Shown piece after piece: positions 9,347 to 17,857 of a DNA stretch of 64,000 nucleotides (position 1 is the stretch's first letter; each line of letters begins with the position of its first letter). The notes below the pieces were generated by a model. It did no database searches. It was not told the origin of the DNA and saw nothing but the letters and a program-made list of their open reading frames with translations. This DNA comes from Thermodesulfobacteriota bacterium (GTDB lineage: Bacteria > Desulfobacterota > DSM-4660 > Desulfatiglandales > HGW-15): NCBI GenBank assembly GCA_042573485.1, contig JBHPCX010000004.1:18210-82209 (forward strand), written 5' to 3'. The position numbers and the translations under genes are program-made.

Positions 9347-10411
9347 ATGAAACAGCCAAATTATATCTCTGTAAAAAAGATCCTTGAAGAAACTCCTGTC
9401 AGCGCGAGTGCACCCTGCAGGGTGGATTCCGGCGGCACATGGGATATAAAAGCTATGGCACTCCCCTTTGAGAATCACCGGCCGGTTACAGTCAATATGG
9501 CCCTGAATTTAAGGACGACAGCTCATCTCAGCCCTTTCAGGGAGGGCAGGATAGAGGTTATTTCCGAGGGGTTTTCAAAGGCGGTGCAATGTGATTATAA
9601 GGATATACCTTTAAAAGGACCCTTTGCCATATTTTTCGCGGCTGCCAGGTTTTTTGGCTTTCATGGGATGAGGATACATATCAAGTCTGATTCCCCTGTT
9701 AAATCAGCGCTTGGCGGTTCCAGCACCGCGCTTGTGGCACTTATCAAGGCCTTATCTGAACTCAGCAGGATATGCAGGAAAAAAGGCCTTTCAAAAAGAG
9801 ATCTTCTTCACCTTGGCTATCATATTGAAGATGGTATAAGCGGGGGAAACTGCGGCATGCAGGATCAGGCAGCTGCTGTTTATGGGGGAGTTAACAGCTG
9901 GAAATGGGCTTACAGTAATAGGACATCCTGTGCAGTGAGAAAAAAACTGCTTGATGCCGAAGGGATGAGGCAACTTTCAAAAAGAATCCTGGTCGCCTAC
10001 AGCGGTAAAAGTCATGTTTCAGCTAAGATGAACAGAGAATGGATAGATAATTTTTTAAATGGAAAAACCAGAGCAGGGTGGCTTGAAGTGAATGCGATTG
10101 TATATGCCCTATCTAGTGCTATTAAGAAAAAAAGATGGCAGGAGGCTGCGGGCTTAATAAGAGAAGAAATGAAGATAAGAAAAAAAATAACCCCTGACGC
10201 GTTAATCCCTGAGACTGAAAAATTGATAAAAACAGCAGAATATCTTAAATGCGGGGCAAGGTTTACGGGTGCCGGAGCCGGGGGGTCGGTTTGGGCGCTG
10301 GGTGAGTCAGACCATATTCTCCGGTTAAGAGAGGAATGGAAAGCCGTGCTGGACAAAATAAACGGTGCATCCATACTTGAATGCGCTATTGATCCGAAAG
10401 GTGTTTTTTAA
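9347..10411 (+). CDS. GHMP-family sugar/small-molecule kinase
   Basis: Has APCRVDSGGTWD N-terminal motif I, the PVKSALGGSSTALVALIKAL phosphate-binding motif II, and GARFTGAGAGGSVWAL motif III. Confidence 0.8.
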   Translation: MKQPNYISVKKILEETPVSASAPCRVDSGGTWDIKAMALPFENHRPVTVNMALNLRTTAHLSPFREGRIEVISEGFSKAVQCDYKDIPLKGPFAIFFAAARFFGFHGMRIHIKSDSPVKSALGGSSTALVALIKALSELSRICRKKGLSKRDLLHLGYHIEDGISGGNCGMQDQAAAVYGGVNSWKWAYSNRTSCAVRKKLLDAEGMRQLSKRILVAYSGKSHVSAKMNREWIDNFLNGKTRAGWLEVNAIVYALSSAIKKKRWQEAAGLIREEMKIRKKITPDALIPETEKLIKTAEYLKCGARFTGAGAGGSVWALGESDHILRLREEWKAVLDKINGASILECAIDPKGVF

Positions 10412-10564
10412 ACTATAACTGCATACTTTATACCCACCTCATTGAATGGGATGCTTAAATAGTATCCAATTATTTTATTTCATTTTTAAAGAATTCTGCC
10501 TGGCTGCGAAAGAAGCATTGAAAAACCCTGTGAATTAAGCAGGTTATGCAAAAGTAGCCCATAT

Positions 10565-10580
10565 TGGCACAGTGTTTGCC
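10565..10580 (+). promoter_or_regulatory. Sigma-54 (RpoN) -24/-12 promoter TGGCAC-N5-TTGC
   Basis: tTGGCACagtgtTTGCc matches the -24 GG / -12 GC consensus with correct spacing. It lies 46 nt upstream of the ATG at 10626, which is preceded by an AGGAGG RBS. Confidence 0.7.
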
Positions 10581-10625
10581 TCTATAAAGATTTATAGTTA
10601 AAACCTATAAAAGCAGGAGGAAAAA

Positions 10626-11219
10626 ATGAAGAATTATCAATACATACTACTTACAGCTATTATTCTGATCTCCGTTGCTATCCCGGCAGCAGCACAGGCA
10701 CAACCCGCTGGAAATGGCAATGCACCAGGTGCCTCTGGATTTCAGGGAAGACAGGGAATGACTTCGTTTGATCCCGGGCAGATGCAAAACATGATAAGTA
10801 ACATGTTTAAGGAACAGTTAGGTATTAGTGATGATGAGTGGACAGTTATAGGCCCGAAAGTAATGAATGTCCTTACATTGTCATCTCAGTCAAGAGCGAA
10901 TCCTATGAGAATGATGAGAGCCGGCAGGCCCGGGGGGCCTGGTGGACAGGCTACCCCTGATATGCAGGGACAACGCCAGATGAGAAACAGGATGCCCGGG
11001 ATTTTCGGGCAAGGCGAGGAAGATGAAAATATGCAGGCGCTGCAAAAGCTGCTGGAAGATAAAAACGCCGATGCCAGCCAAATCAAGCAGCTGGTGACTA
11101 AAGTTAGAAAGGCGAGAGAAAAAAGTCAGCGGGAACTGGCAGCAGCCAAGAAAGAGCTCCGTGAACTTCTCACAGTAAGGCAGGAAGCCATACTTATTTC
11201 CATGGGATTGCTCGATTGA
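10626..11219 (+). CDS. Secreted Gly/Pro/Met/Gln-rich protein with a C-terminal coiled coil and an LTXXQ-like motif (CpxP/Spy/ZraP-like?)
   Basis: The signal peptide ends in AAAQA. A low-complexity MRMMRAGRPGGPGGQ...MQGQRQMRNRMPG region is present, followed by a C-terminal ELRELLTVRQEAIL. The stop overlaps the gspE start (TGATG). Confidence 0.5.
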   Translation: MKNYQYILLTAIILISVAIPAAAQAQPAGNGNAPGASGFQGRQGMTSFDPGQMQNMISNMFKEQLGISDDEWTVIGPKVMNVLTLSSQSRANPMRMMRAGRPGGPGGQATPDMQGQRQMRNRMPGIFGQGEEDENMQALQKLLEDKNADASQIKQLVTKVRKAREKSQRELAAAKKELRELLTVRQEAILISMGLLD

Positions 11220-12925
11220 TGATCAACATCATTGAAAAAATAGAGAAAGAGGGGTTACTGAACAGAAAGGAAGCTCAATTCGTAAAGAATCAAATATCGG
11301 AGGGGAGCTGTCTTGAAGAAGCGCTTCTTTCAAGCAGTTCCCTCTCTGAGGAACAGATACTTCGTTTTCTGGCCAAAGAGTTTGGTTGTCCTTTTATTGC
11401 GCTTGAGGATCACGCTCCTTCAAAAGAATTTCTATCCCAATTCCCTGCCAGACTGCTACTTAACAGACAAATATTACCCCTGGAAAATAATGGTGACCTG
11501 ATGATTGTAACCAGCAGGATATCGGAAAGTGCCGGGATCGATGAACTCCGGGTGGTAACGGGCAGGGATTTTACCCTGGGTTTAGCTCCTTCAGAGGAGA
11601 TAGCCCGTTGTATGAAAAAGTCCCTGGGTGTAGGAGCTGATACTGTACAGTCAATGTTTAACGAAGTTGGGGATAACGGGCTTCAGATCATCGACCAGGA
11701 TATGGAAGATGATATGGATTTACTGGAAGCTGCTGAAGGCGCATCCATTATCCGTTTTGTAAACCAGATTCTCTCAGAGGCAATCCAATTAAGAACAACA
11801 GACGTACATATTGAACCATTTGAGAATGAGCTGAGAATTCGCTATAGAATTGACGGTGTATTAAAGGAAGCTCCCATCCCCCATGAAATCAGGCGATTCC
11901 AGGCTGCCATTATTTCCCGTATTAAGATACTGAGCCATCTTGATATAGCAGAAAAACGTCTTCCCCAGGATGGACGGATTAAAATAAAAATTGAAGGCCG
12001 TGAAGTCGATATCCGCGTATCGGTTATTCCAATGCTACATGGAGAAGCCGTAGTACTTCGTCTTCTTGACCGTTCCTCAGTTCTTCTTGGGCTGGAACAG
12101 CTTGGCATGTGCGAAGATACCCACAAAATATTCTCACGGCTACTGGAGCTTCCCTACGGTATAATTCTTGTAACAGGCCCTACCGGAAGCGGTAAGACGA
12201 CCACTCTCTATGCGGCTTTATCCCAGATTAACGATGTGGAGAGGAAGATTATCACAATTGAAGATCCGGTAGAATACAATTTGAGGGGAATAAATCAGAT
12301 CCAGGTATCAAGAAAGGCAGGACTCACTTTCGCCAGCGGACTTAGATCGATCCTGCGCCATGACCCGGATGTTATTCTCGTTGGAGAAATCAGGGATCGC
12401 GAAACAGCCGATATTGCAGTGCAGGCATCTTTAACCGGGCATCTCGTCTTCTCTACCCTGCATACAAATGACGCTCCGGGGGCATTGACGCGGCTTGTGG
12501 ATATGGGGATAGAACCCTATCTTGTGGCGTCCACTCTCGAAACTGTTGTGGCCCAGCGCCTGGTACGTTTTGTCTGCCCCGAATGTGATGAAACCTTTTC
12601 TCCTAAAAACCGGGATCTCCTTCAGAGGGAATTCGGTGATACTCTTCCTTCAGAATTACACAGAGGCAAAGGATGCGAGAAGTGCCAGGGGATTGGTTAT
12701 CTGGGCAGGAAGGGAATATTCGAACAAATGGTAGTTACCGAAGATATTCGAATGGCAATTACCGAAGGCAAATCACACAGCAGAATACGTGAACTGGCAA
12801 TGAAAAGCGGTATGAAGACCTTAAGGGAGGACGGTTTTAGATATGTCCTGGAGGGAAAGACTACTGTGGAAGAGTTGCTGAGAGTAACAAAGGATGAACG
12901 GTTTAATGGCAATGGTTCATTATAA
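11219..12925 (+). CDS. gspE: Type II secretion / type IV pilus assembly ATPase GspE/PilB family
   Basis: Has an N-terminal T2SSE_N-like domain, Walker A GPTGSGKTTT, the Asp/His boxes (EDPVEY, TGHLVFSTLHTNDA) and a tetracysteine CPECD...CEKCQG motif. Confidence 0.9.
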   Translation: MINIIEKIEKEGLLNRKEAQFVKNQISEGSCLEEALLSSSSLSEEQILRFLAKEFGCPFIALEDHAPSKEFLSQFPARLLLNRQILPLENNGDLMIVTSRISESAGIDELRVVTGRDFTLGLAPSEEIARCMKKSLGVGADTVQSMFNEVGDNGLQIIDQDMEDDMDLLEAAEGASIIRFVNQILSEAIQLRTTDVHIEPFENELRIRYRIDGVLKEAPIPHEIRRFQAAIISRIKILSHLDIAEKRLPQDGRIKIKIEGREVDIRVSVIPMLHGEAVVLRLLDRSSVLLGLEQLGMCEDTHKIFSRLLELPYGIILVTGPTGSGKTTTLYAALSQINDVERKIITIEDPVEYNLRGINQIQVSRKAGLTFASGLRSILRHDPDVILVGEIRDRETADIAVQASLTGHLVFSTLHTNDAPGALTRLVDMGIEPYLVASTLETVVAQRLVRFVCPECDETFSPKNRDLLQREFGDTLPSELHRGKGCEKCQGIGYLGRKGIFEQMVVTEDIRMAITEGKSHSRIRELAMKSGMKTLREDGFRYVLEGKTTVEELLRVTKDERFNGNGSL

Positions 12926-12931
12926 TGGAGA

Positions 12932-14152
12932 TTGAATTTGCCGACTTTCAGTTATAAAGCCCTGGATCAGAATGGGCGCGAAATATCGGATTCTATAGAT
13001 TTAACAAGCAGAGATGCTGTTATTGATAAGATAATCTCTGATGGTCTCAGCCCTGTTTCAGTGGATGAAAACAAAGAAACAGCTTCTTCATCAAAGACTT
13101 TTTCCAGGACAGGCCGAATTTCTAAATCTGATATTGAAGCCTTTACAAGGGAGTTGGCAAACCTGTTAACCGGAGGTGTGTCCCTGAGCAGGTCATTGAG
13201 TATACTGGGCAGAGAAGCATCAAATCCAGCTGCCAAGACCCAGTGGTCGGCAATAAAGGACTGTGTCGCTGATGGAATGTCTCTGGCAGATGCTTTTGCA
13301 AAATTTCCAAAGTCATTTTCCAATGTCTATGTAGCAATGGTACGGGCAGGAGAGGCAGGCGGTTTTCTTGATATTGTGCTGGACCAGATTGCCAGCTTCC
13401 AATCACGTGAAAGAAAACTCATCGGGAAGGTGAAGGCCGCCACTATATATCCCATAATCCTGGCTGTACTCGGGATCATGATAATGATATTTCTTATGAC
13501 ATTTTTTATTCCCAGGTTTTCTTCGATCTTTGATGATTTTGGCGGTGCTCTCCCAACTCTTACCCTTTTTATAATAGGTGCCAGTGATTTTCTTGTTAAA
13601 TACTGGTTGATAATTCTTATGGCAGTTGTATCTCTTTTTGTGGTTTTTAAAAGAACTATGTCAAAGTCAGAGGGTCGTCGTGTTATTGAGGGACTTCTCC
13701 TTAAAACCCCATTGATTGGTAAAATATTAGCCAGGTTTGCCCTTGTTCGATTTTCAAGAATGCTTGGAACGCTGGCTGGAGCAGATGTTGCCCTTGTAAC
13801 CGCGTTAAATGTTGCCAGTGAGGCAATAGGCAACCAGGTACTTTCCGATGCCCTGATAGAAACAGTAAAGAAGGTAAGGAACGGTTCATCTCTCTCTGCC
13901 GGCATGTCAGGTTGTCCTCAGCTTTTTCCCTCTTCGGTCGTGGAAATGATCTCAGTGGCGGAGGCGAGCGGAAGGCTGGACAAAGAGCTTGTTCGTCTTT
14001 CAGAAACATACGAAGAAGATCTGGACCGCAGACTTGGAATGCTGGTCGCCCAGGCTGAACCCGCGCTTCTATTTCTTATGGCTATTGTTGTGGGAACAGT
14101 GATCATGGGGATGCTTCTACCGATATTTAATCTCCAGGAGTTGATACGTTAG
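12932..14152 (+). CDS. gspF: Type II secretion inner-membrane platform protein GspF/PilC family
   Basis: 406 aa, with two repeated GspF cytoplasmic domains and three TM segments (e.g. ELANLLTGGVSLSRSL...; MLGTLAGADVALVTAL...). Uses a TTG start. Confidence 0.9.
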   Translation: MNLPTFSYKALDQNGREISDSIDLTSRDAVIDKIISDGLSPVSVDENKETASSSKTFSRTGRISKSDIEAFTRELANLLTGGVSLSRSLSILGREASNPAAKTQWSAIKDCVADGMSLADAFAKFPKSFSNVYVAMVRAGEAGGFLDIVLDQIASFQSRERKLIGKVKAATIYPIILAVLGIMIMIFLMTFFIPRFSSIFDDFGGALPTLTLFIIGASDFLVKYWLIILMAVVSLFVVFKRTMSKSEGRRVIEGLLLKTPLIGKILARFALVRFSRMLGTLAGADVALVTALNVASEAIGNQVLSDALIETVKKVRNGSSLSAGMSGCPQLFPSSVVEMISVAEASGRLDKELVRLSETYEEDLDRRLGMLVAQAEPALLFLMAIVVGTVIMGMLLPIFNLQELIR

Positions 14153-14192
14153 AATTTTTAAAAAAAAATAAAAACAGAGAAGGTGCTCTATT

Positions 14193-14645
14193 ATGAAAAA
14201 AGAAAAGTCGCATGAAACAGGTAAACTTCAATCTGAAAAAGGATTTACTCTTATTGAAGTATTGCTTGTCATGGTCATCATCACAGTGCTTGCAGCAGTT
14301 GTAGTTCCCAAATTTACAGGCAGGTCCGAACAGGCCCGTATCACTGCAGCCAGTACGGACATCGCTAATATTGAGGTGGCACTGGATGCCTTTGAGGTTG
14401 ACAACGGGCGCTATCCTTCCAAGTCGGAAGGTCTTAAAGCCCTGATAGAAAACAGGTCCAATGCTGTCTCCTGGAAGGGGCCTTATCTGAAACGGGGTGT
14501 TCCTACTGATCCCTGGGGTAATCCCTATATTTATACACAACCGGGAAGATATAACGCTTATGGATATGACCTTTACAGTTATGGACCTGATAAAAAAGAA
14601 GGCGGGGATGACGATATAGATAACTGGTCCCCACGTAAATCATAA
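14193..14645 (+). CDS. gspG: Major pseudopilin GspG
   Basis: The prepilin leader ends in KG|FTLIEVLLVMVIITVLAAVVVP (G-1, F+1, E+5). The GspG core reads ALDAFEVDNGRYPS...LKRGVPTDPWGNPYIY. Confidence 0.9.
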   Translation: MKKEKSHETGKLQSEKGFTLIEVLLVMVIITVLAAVVVPKFTGRSEQARITAASTDIANIEVALDAFEVDNGRYPSKSEGLKALIENRSNAVSWKGPYLKRGVPTDPWGNPYIYTQPGRYNAYGYDLYSYGPDKKEGGDDDIDNWSPRKS

Positions 14646-14666
14646 AATTAATCGGGTACCTGCACT

Positions 14667-15191
14667 GTGCCGGATAAGTATAAAAAAATAAATTTATTAA
14701 ACTCCACGGGTTTTACACTACTGGAGCTTATTCTTGTGATGGTTATCATAAGTACGCTCCTTGCGATTGCATCACCATCGCTTCAGGGGTTTTTTACTTC
14801 AAGAAGGACAAATGATGCAGCTTCAAATATCCTTTCTTTAATGAAACTGGCCAGAACCCAGGCCATTACCGAAGGAAGAATTTACAGGCTCAACCTTGAT
14901 ACTGATAAAAGATCATACTGGCTGACAGCAGTTGAAGAGGGAATATTCAATGAACTTAAAACCGAGTTTGGCAGAACTTTTATTCTTCCGGTCGATACAT
15001 CCGTTGAGCTGGAAAAAGAAACTAAAGATGACCTGACCGAAAAATACATAGAGTTTTACCCTGAAGGTTGGGCGCAATCCGGTTTGATAAGGCTTACGGA
15101 CAGGCGTGGAGATGTAATTGAGATAATGTCCTCTTCTCCCCTGGAAAGATACAGGGTGAACATTCTTGAGGAGAATTCAGTAAATGGGTAA
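14667..15191 (+). CDS. gspH: Minor pseudopilin, GspH-like
   Basis: The prepilin motif is STG|FTLLELILVMVIIS. Assignment rests on its position after gspG. Uses a GTG start. Confidence 0.65.
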   Translation: MPDKYKKINLLNSTGFTLLELILVMVIISTLLAIASPSLQGFFTSRRTNDAASNILSLMKLARTQAITEGRIYRLNLDTDKRSYWLTAVEEGIFNELKTEFGRTFILPVDTSVELEKETKDDLTEKYIEFYPEGWAQSGLIRLTDRRGDVIEIMSSSPLERYRVNILEENSVNG

Positions 15192-15591
15192 AGTATATAA
15201 AAGAAAAAATAATCTCATAATCTTTAATAACAGGGGTTTTACACTTCTGGAAATCCTGGCCACCTTTGTTCTTGTTGCCATAATAATTCCGGTTGCGATG
15301 GAGGGGATATCACTTTCAACTAAAATGGCCAGTAACTCAAAGCACAAAATAGTAGCCGGGGCACTCGCTGAGAAAAAGCTTACTGAAATACTTATAACCA
15401 GGGATTGGGTTAATGGGGACCAGAAAGGGAATTTCGGAGTAGACTACAATGATTATGACTGGCGATTTGAAGTTCTGGATTGGGAGGGCGAAGAGTTAAT
15501 CAGGCAGATAGATTTATATGTGGAGTGGGTTTCATCAGGGAAAAATCGATCGGTTGTTATTTCAACCCTTGCATATCTTGATGGTAACTAG
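15184..15591 (+). CDS. gspI: Minor pseudopilin, GspI-like
   Basis: The prepilin motif is NRG|FTLLEILATFVLVAI. At 135 aa its size and position fit GspI. Confidence 0.65.
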   Translation: MGKVYKRKNNLIIFNNRGFTLLEILATFVLVAIIIPVAMEGISLSTKMASNSKHKIVAGALAEKKLTEILITRDWVNGDQKGNFGVDYNDYDWRFEVLDWEGEELIRQIDLYVEWVSSGKNRSVVISTLAYLDGN

Positions 15592-15592
15592 A

Positions 15593-16252
15593 ATGGCGAT
15601 CTTAAAAAATAATACACATGCCTTTACACTTCTGGAATTGCTTGTTGCCATGACCATGATGAGTATTATTGCGACTTCTCTATATGCATCCCTGAGTATC
15701 GGGTTCAAAGCAAAGGAGAATTCCGAAAGCGCAATAGAGGTGAAAAGATCCGCCCGTATTGTTATGGACCTGTTAAAGCAGGAAATAATTTCAGCTCTAC
15801 CTCCAAAAGGTCTCCTGGCAGGTAAGTTTTCAGGAATAGACAGCCATGATGAAACAGGTAATGACACAGATTCCCTTGCTTTTTTTTCTGCTGCTTACGT
15901 TCCGGGAGAAGATGAGGTTGCATGTGACATTGTCAGGGTTGAGATAGCCATCTCCACAAGGGAAGATACGGATGAACCCGTTCTCGTGCGGGGCATAACA
16001 ACAAACCTTCTTTCACCAAAAAGCCTTGAACCATATGAGGACATCCTGTGCTCAGGAATAGAATCACTTAACCTGAGATATTACGATGGTTATGACTGGC
16101 TTGATGAATGGGATTCCGGCAGTCACGATAACAGTCTTCCAGAAGCCGTGGAGATAAGTATCAGGTTCATTGACGAAGAAGAAAAGGATGATGGAAATGA
16201 TAGCAATAATACACAAAGCCTTACATGTTCTTTTACTTTGCCCTGCGGGTGA
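15593..16252 (+). CDS. gspJ: Minor pseudopilin, GspJ-like
   Basis: The prepilin motif is THA|FTLLELLVAMTMMSII. ATG 15593 lies 1 nt after the gspI stop. The track start at 15518 would overlap gspI by 74 nt and adds no pilin-like sequence. Confidence 0.65.
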   Translation: MAILKNNTHAFTLLELLVAMTMMSIIATSLYASLSIGFKAKENSESAIEVKRSARIVMDLLKQEIISALPPKGLLAGKFSGIDSHDETGNDTDSLAFFSAAYVPGEDEVACDIVRVEIAISTREDTDEPVLVRGITTNLLSPKSLEPYEDILCSGIESLNLRYYDGYDWLDEWDSGSHDNSLPEAVEISIRFIDEEEKDDGNDSNNTQSLTCSFTLPCG

Positions 16253-16336
16253 GTTTGGATTAGTCGGAGAGATTATTTGCTTTTTTGTTATTAGGAGGTT
16301 TGGTTGATATTAGAGATTTGTTAATCAAAAAACATA

Positions 16337-16413
16337 GATTCCCCGATCAAGTCGGGGAATGACATTATCGATCACTTTTATTTCTCGTCATTCTCCGGCT
16401 TGACCGGGGAATC
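16337..16413. repeat. Pair of inverted REP-like hairpin units (16337-16363 gattccccgatcaagtcggggaatgac; 16387-16413 gtcattctccggcttgaccggggaatc) in the gspJ-gspK spacer
   Basis: Each unit can form a 9-bp stem with a 5-nt loop. The two units are reverse complements of each other with 3 mismatches in 27 nt. They occupy a 228-bp non-coding gap inside an otherwise tightly packed operon. Confidence 0.8.
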
Positions 16414-16480
16414 CAGTTGTTGTTCTTTTACAAAAGGTAAATGTTAACCATGATATTGTTTTATTAAAAGACCATATGCA

Positions 16481-17857
16481 ATGAAGAGAGAAAGAAAAAT
16501 ACATTCGACTCATCCAAATGCCATTAACCACAAGACACCTGCACCCTTTTTAAAATCTGAAAAAGGGTCGGTACTCATCGTAACCATATGGATCGTGCTT
16601 GTTCTGGCAGGGCTGGTTCTTGTCTTTTCAAGGTCCATGCGTGTTGAAGCAATTACATCGGCTAATCAGCTTTCTTCACTCAAGGCCGAGGAGATTGCAA
16701 GGGGCGCTGTATCATTTGTCCGGGCAAGGTTAAATGAAGATGATATTGCTTTAAGGCTGGAGGGAGAGATACCCTATGAGGCTATAGAGACGGGCGACGG
16801 ATATTTCTGGCTGCTTCGTCCCAATTATAATGATGATGATAGCTACTATTACGGGATAAGGGATGAATCTGCCAAATTAAACCTCAATAGTGCAACCTAT
16901 GAGATGCTTCTTAAGCTCCCCAACATGACATCTGAACTTGCGGCAGCGATTATTGACTGGCGGGATTCCGACAGCGACCTTACCCAGGGAGGTGCCGAAG
17001 ATGAGTACTACCTTCTTCTTGATGAACCATATTACTGCAAAAATTCTGAACTGGAAAGTGTTGAAGAAGTACTTCTCCTGAAAGGCGCTTCCAGGGAATT
17101 GTTGTACGGTGAGGATATAAACCTTAACGGATACCTTAATTCCAATGAAAATGATGCTGATAAGGGCAACCCACCTGACAACCATAATGGCAAACTTGAC
17201 CGGGGATTTTACGAGTATGTGACTGTGTACAGTATCGAACCAAATGTGAACAGCGATGGAGAAGAAAGGATACATGTGAACGATGGCGGAAATGAATTGT
17301 CTCAACTTCTCCGTGAGGTCATTGAGGATGATTTTAAATATCAGCAGATCATTACTTCTATCCGTTTCAGTAATTTTGAGAGTGTATTGGACTTCTATAT
17401 CAGGACCGGATTAACGGAAGAGCAGTTTAAACAGATAGAAGATAAAATCACTACTTCATCACAGGAGAATAATTCAGGACTGATAAACATTAATACTGCC
17501 CCAAAGGAAGTCCTTATGTGCCTGCCGGGACTGGACGAGTCTGAAGTAGATGCCCTTATTCAAAAAAGAAATTCAGGTGACAGGGATGAAAATTCTCTGG
17601 CATGGGTAGCAGAAGTTTTACCTGAAAAGGCAGGTGCTGTCGGTGCCTATTTAACAACAAATTCATATCGCTATTCCGCTGATATTATAAGCCTTAGCGG
17701 TAATGGCAGGGCCTATCAAAGATACAGAATGATTGCCGATACAATGGACAGTGATTTCAAGGTCCTCTACTGGAAGTCTCTCAAGCATCTGGGATGGCCC
17801 CTTGATCAGGAAATTATTGTTTCACTCAGGTCCGGAAAATCACTGGAGGAAATATGA
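16481..17857 (+). CDS. gspK: Minor pseudopilin GspK-like
   Basis: Has an N-terminal hydrophobic segment lacking E+5 (GSVLIVTIWIVLVLAGLVL). The GspK blocks are ESAKLNLNSATYEMLLKLPNMTSELAAAIIDWRDSD and INTAPKEVLMCLPGLDESEVDALIQKR (helix-hairpin-helix repeats). Confidence 0.85.
   Translation: MKRERKIHSTHPNAINHKTPAPFLKSEKGSVLIVTIWIVLVLAGLVLVFSRSMRVEAITSANQLSSLKAEEIARGAVSFVRARLNEDDIALRLEGEIPYEAIETGDGYFWLLRPNYNDDDSYYYGIRDESAKLNLNSATYEMLLKLPNMTSELAAAIIDWRDSDSDLTQGGAEDEYYLLLDEPYYCKNSELESVEEVLLLKGASRELLYGEDINLNGYLNSNENDADKGNPPDNHNGKLDRGFYEYVTVYSIEPNVNSDGEERIHVNDGGNELSQLLREVIEDDFKYQQIITSIRFSNFESVLDFYIRTGLTEEQFKQIEDKITTSSQENNSGLININTAPKEVLMCLPGLDESEVDALIQKRNSGDRDENSLAWVAEVLPEKAGAVGAYLTTNSYRYSADIISLSGNGRAYQRYRMIADTMDSDFKVLYWKSLKHLGWPLDQEIIVSLRSGKSLEEI

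Noticed and set aside
13327-13905. Long antisense ORFs inside large genes. Examples are 13327-13905(-) in gspF, 29491-29997(-) in icd, 41170-41679(-) in smc, 55907-56392(-) in dctM, 59341-59853(-) in the cupin gene and 47553-48002(+) in AOR1.
   Set aside because: Each lies entirely within, and opposite to, a gene with strong family motifs. The translations are low-complexity or Ser/Pro/Arg-rich with no motifs or RBS. They are typical shadow ORFs.
15518-15592. Track start codons at 15518 (GspJ-like), 33405 (YihY), 63502 (MoaD-like), 1071 (Pal) and 80 (TolB).
   Set aside because: These upstream extensions overlap the preceding gene or add non-homologous residues. Internal starts with an RBS or tight coupling (15593, 33519, 63583, 1122) fit better. 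TolB is open to the window edge.
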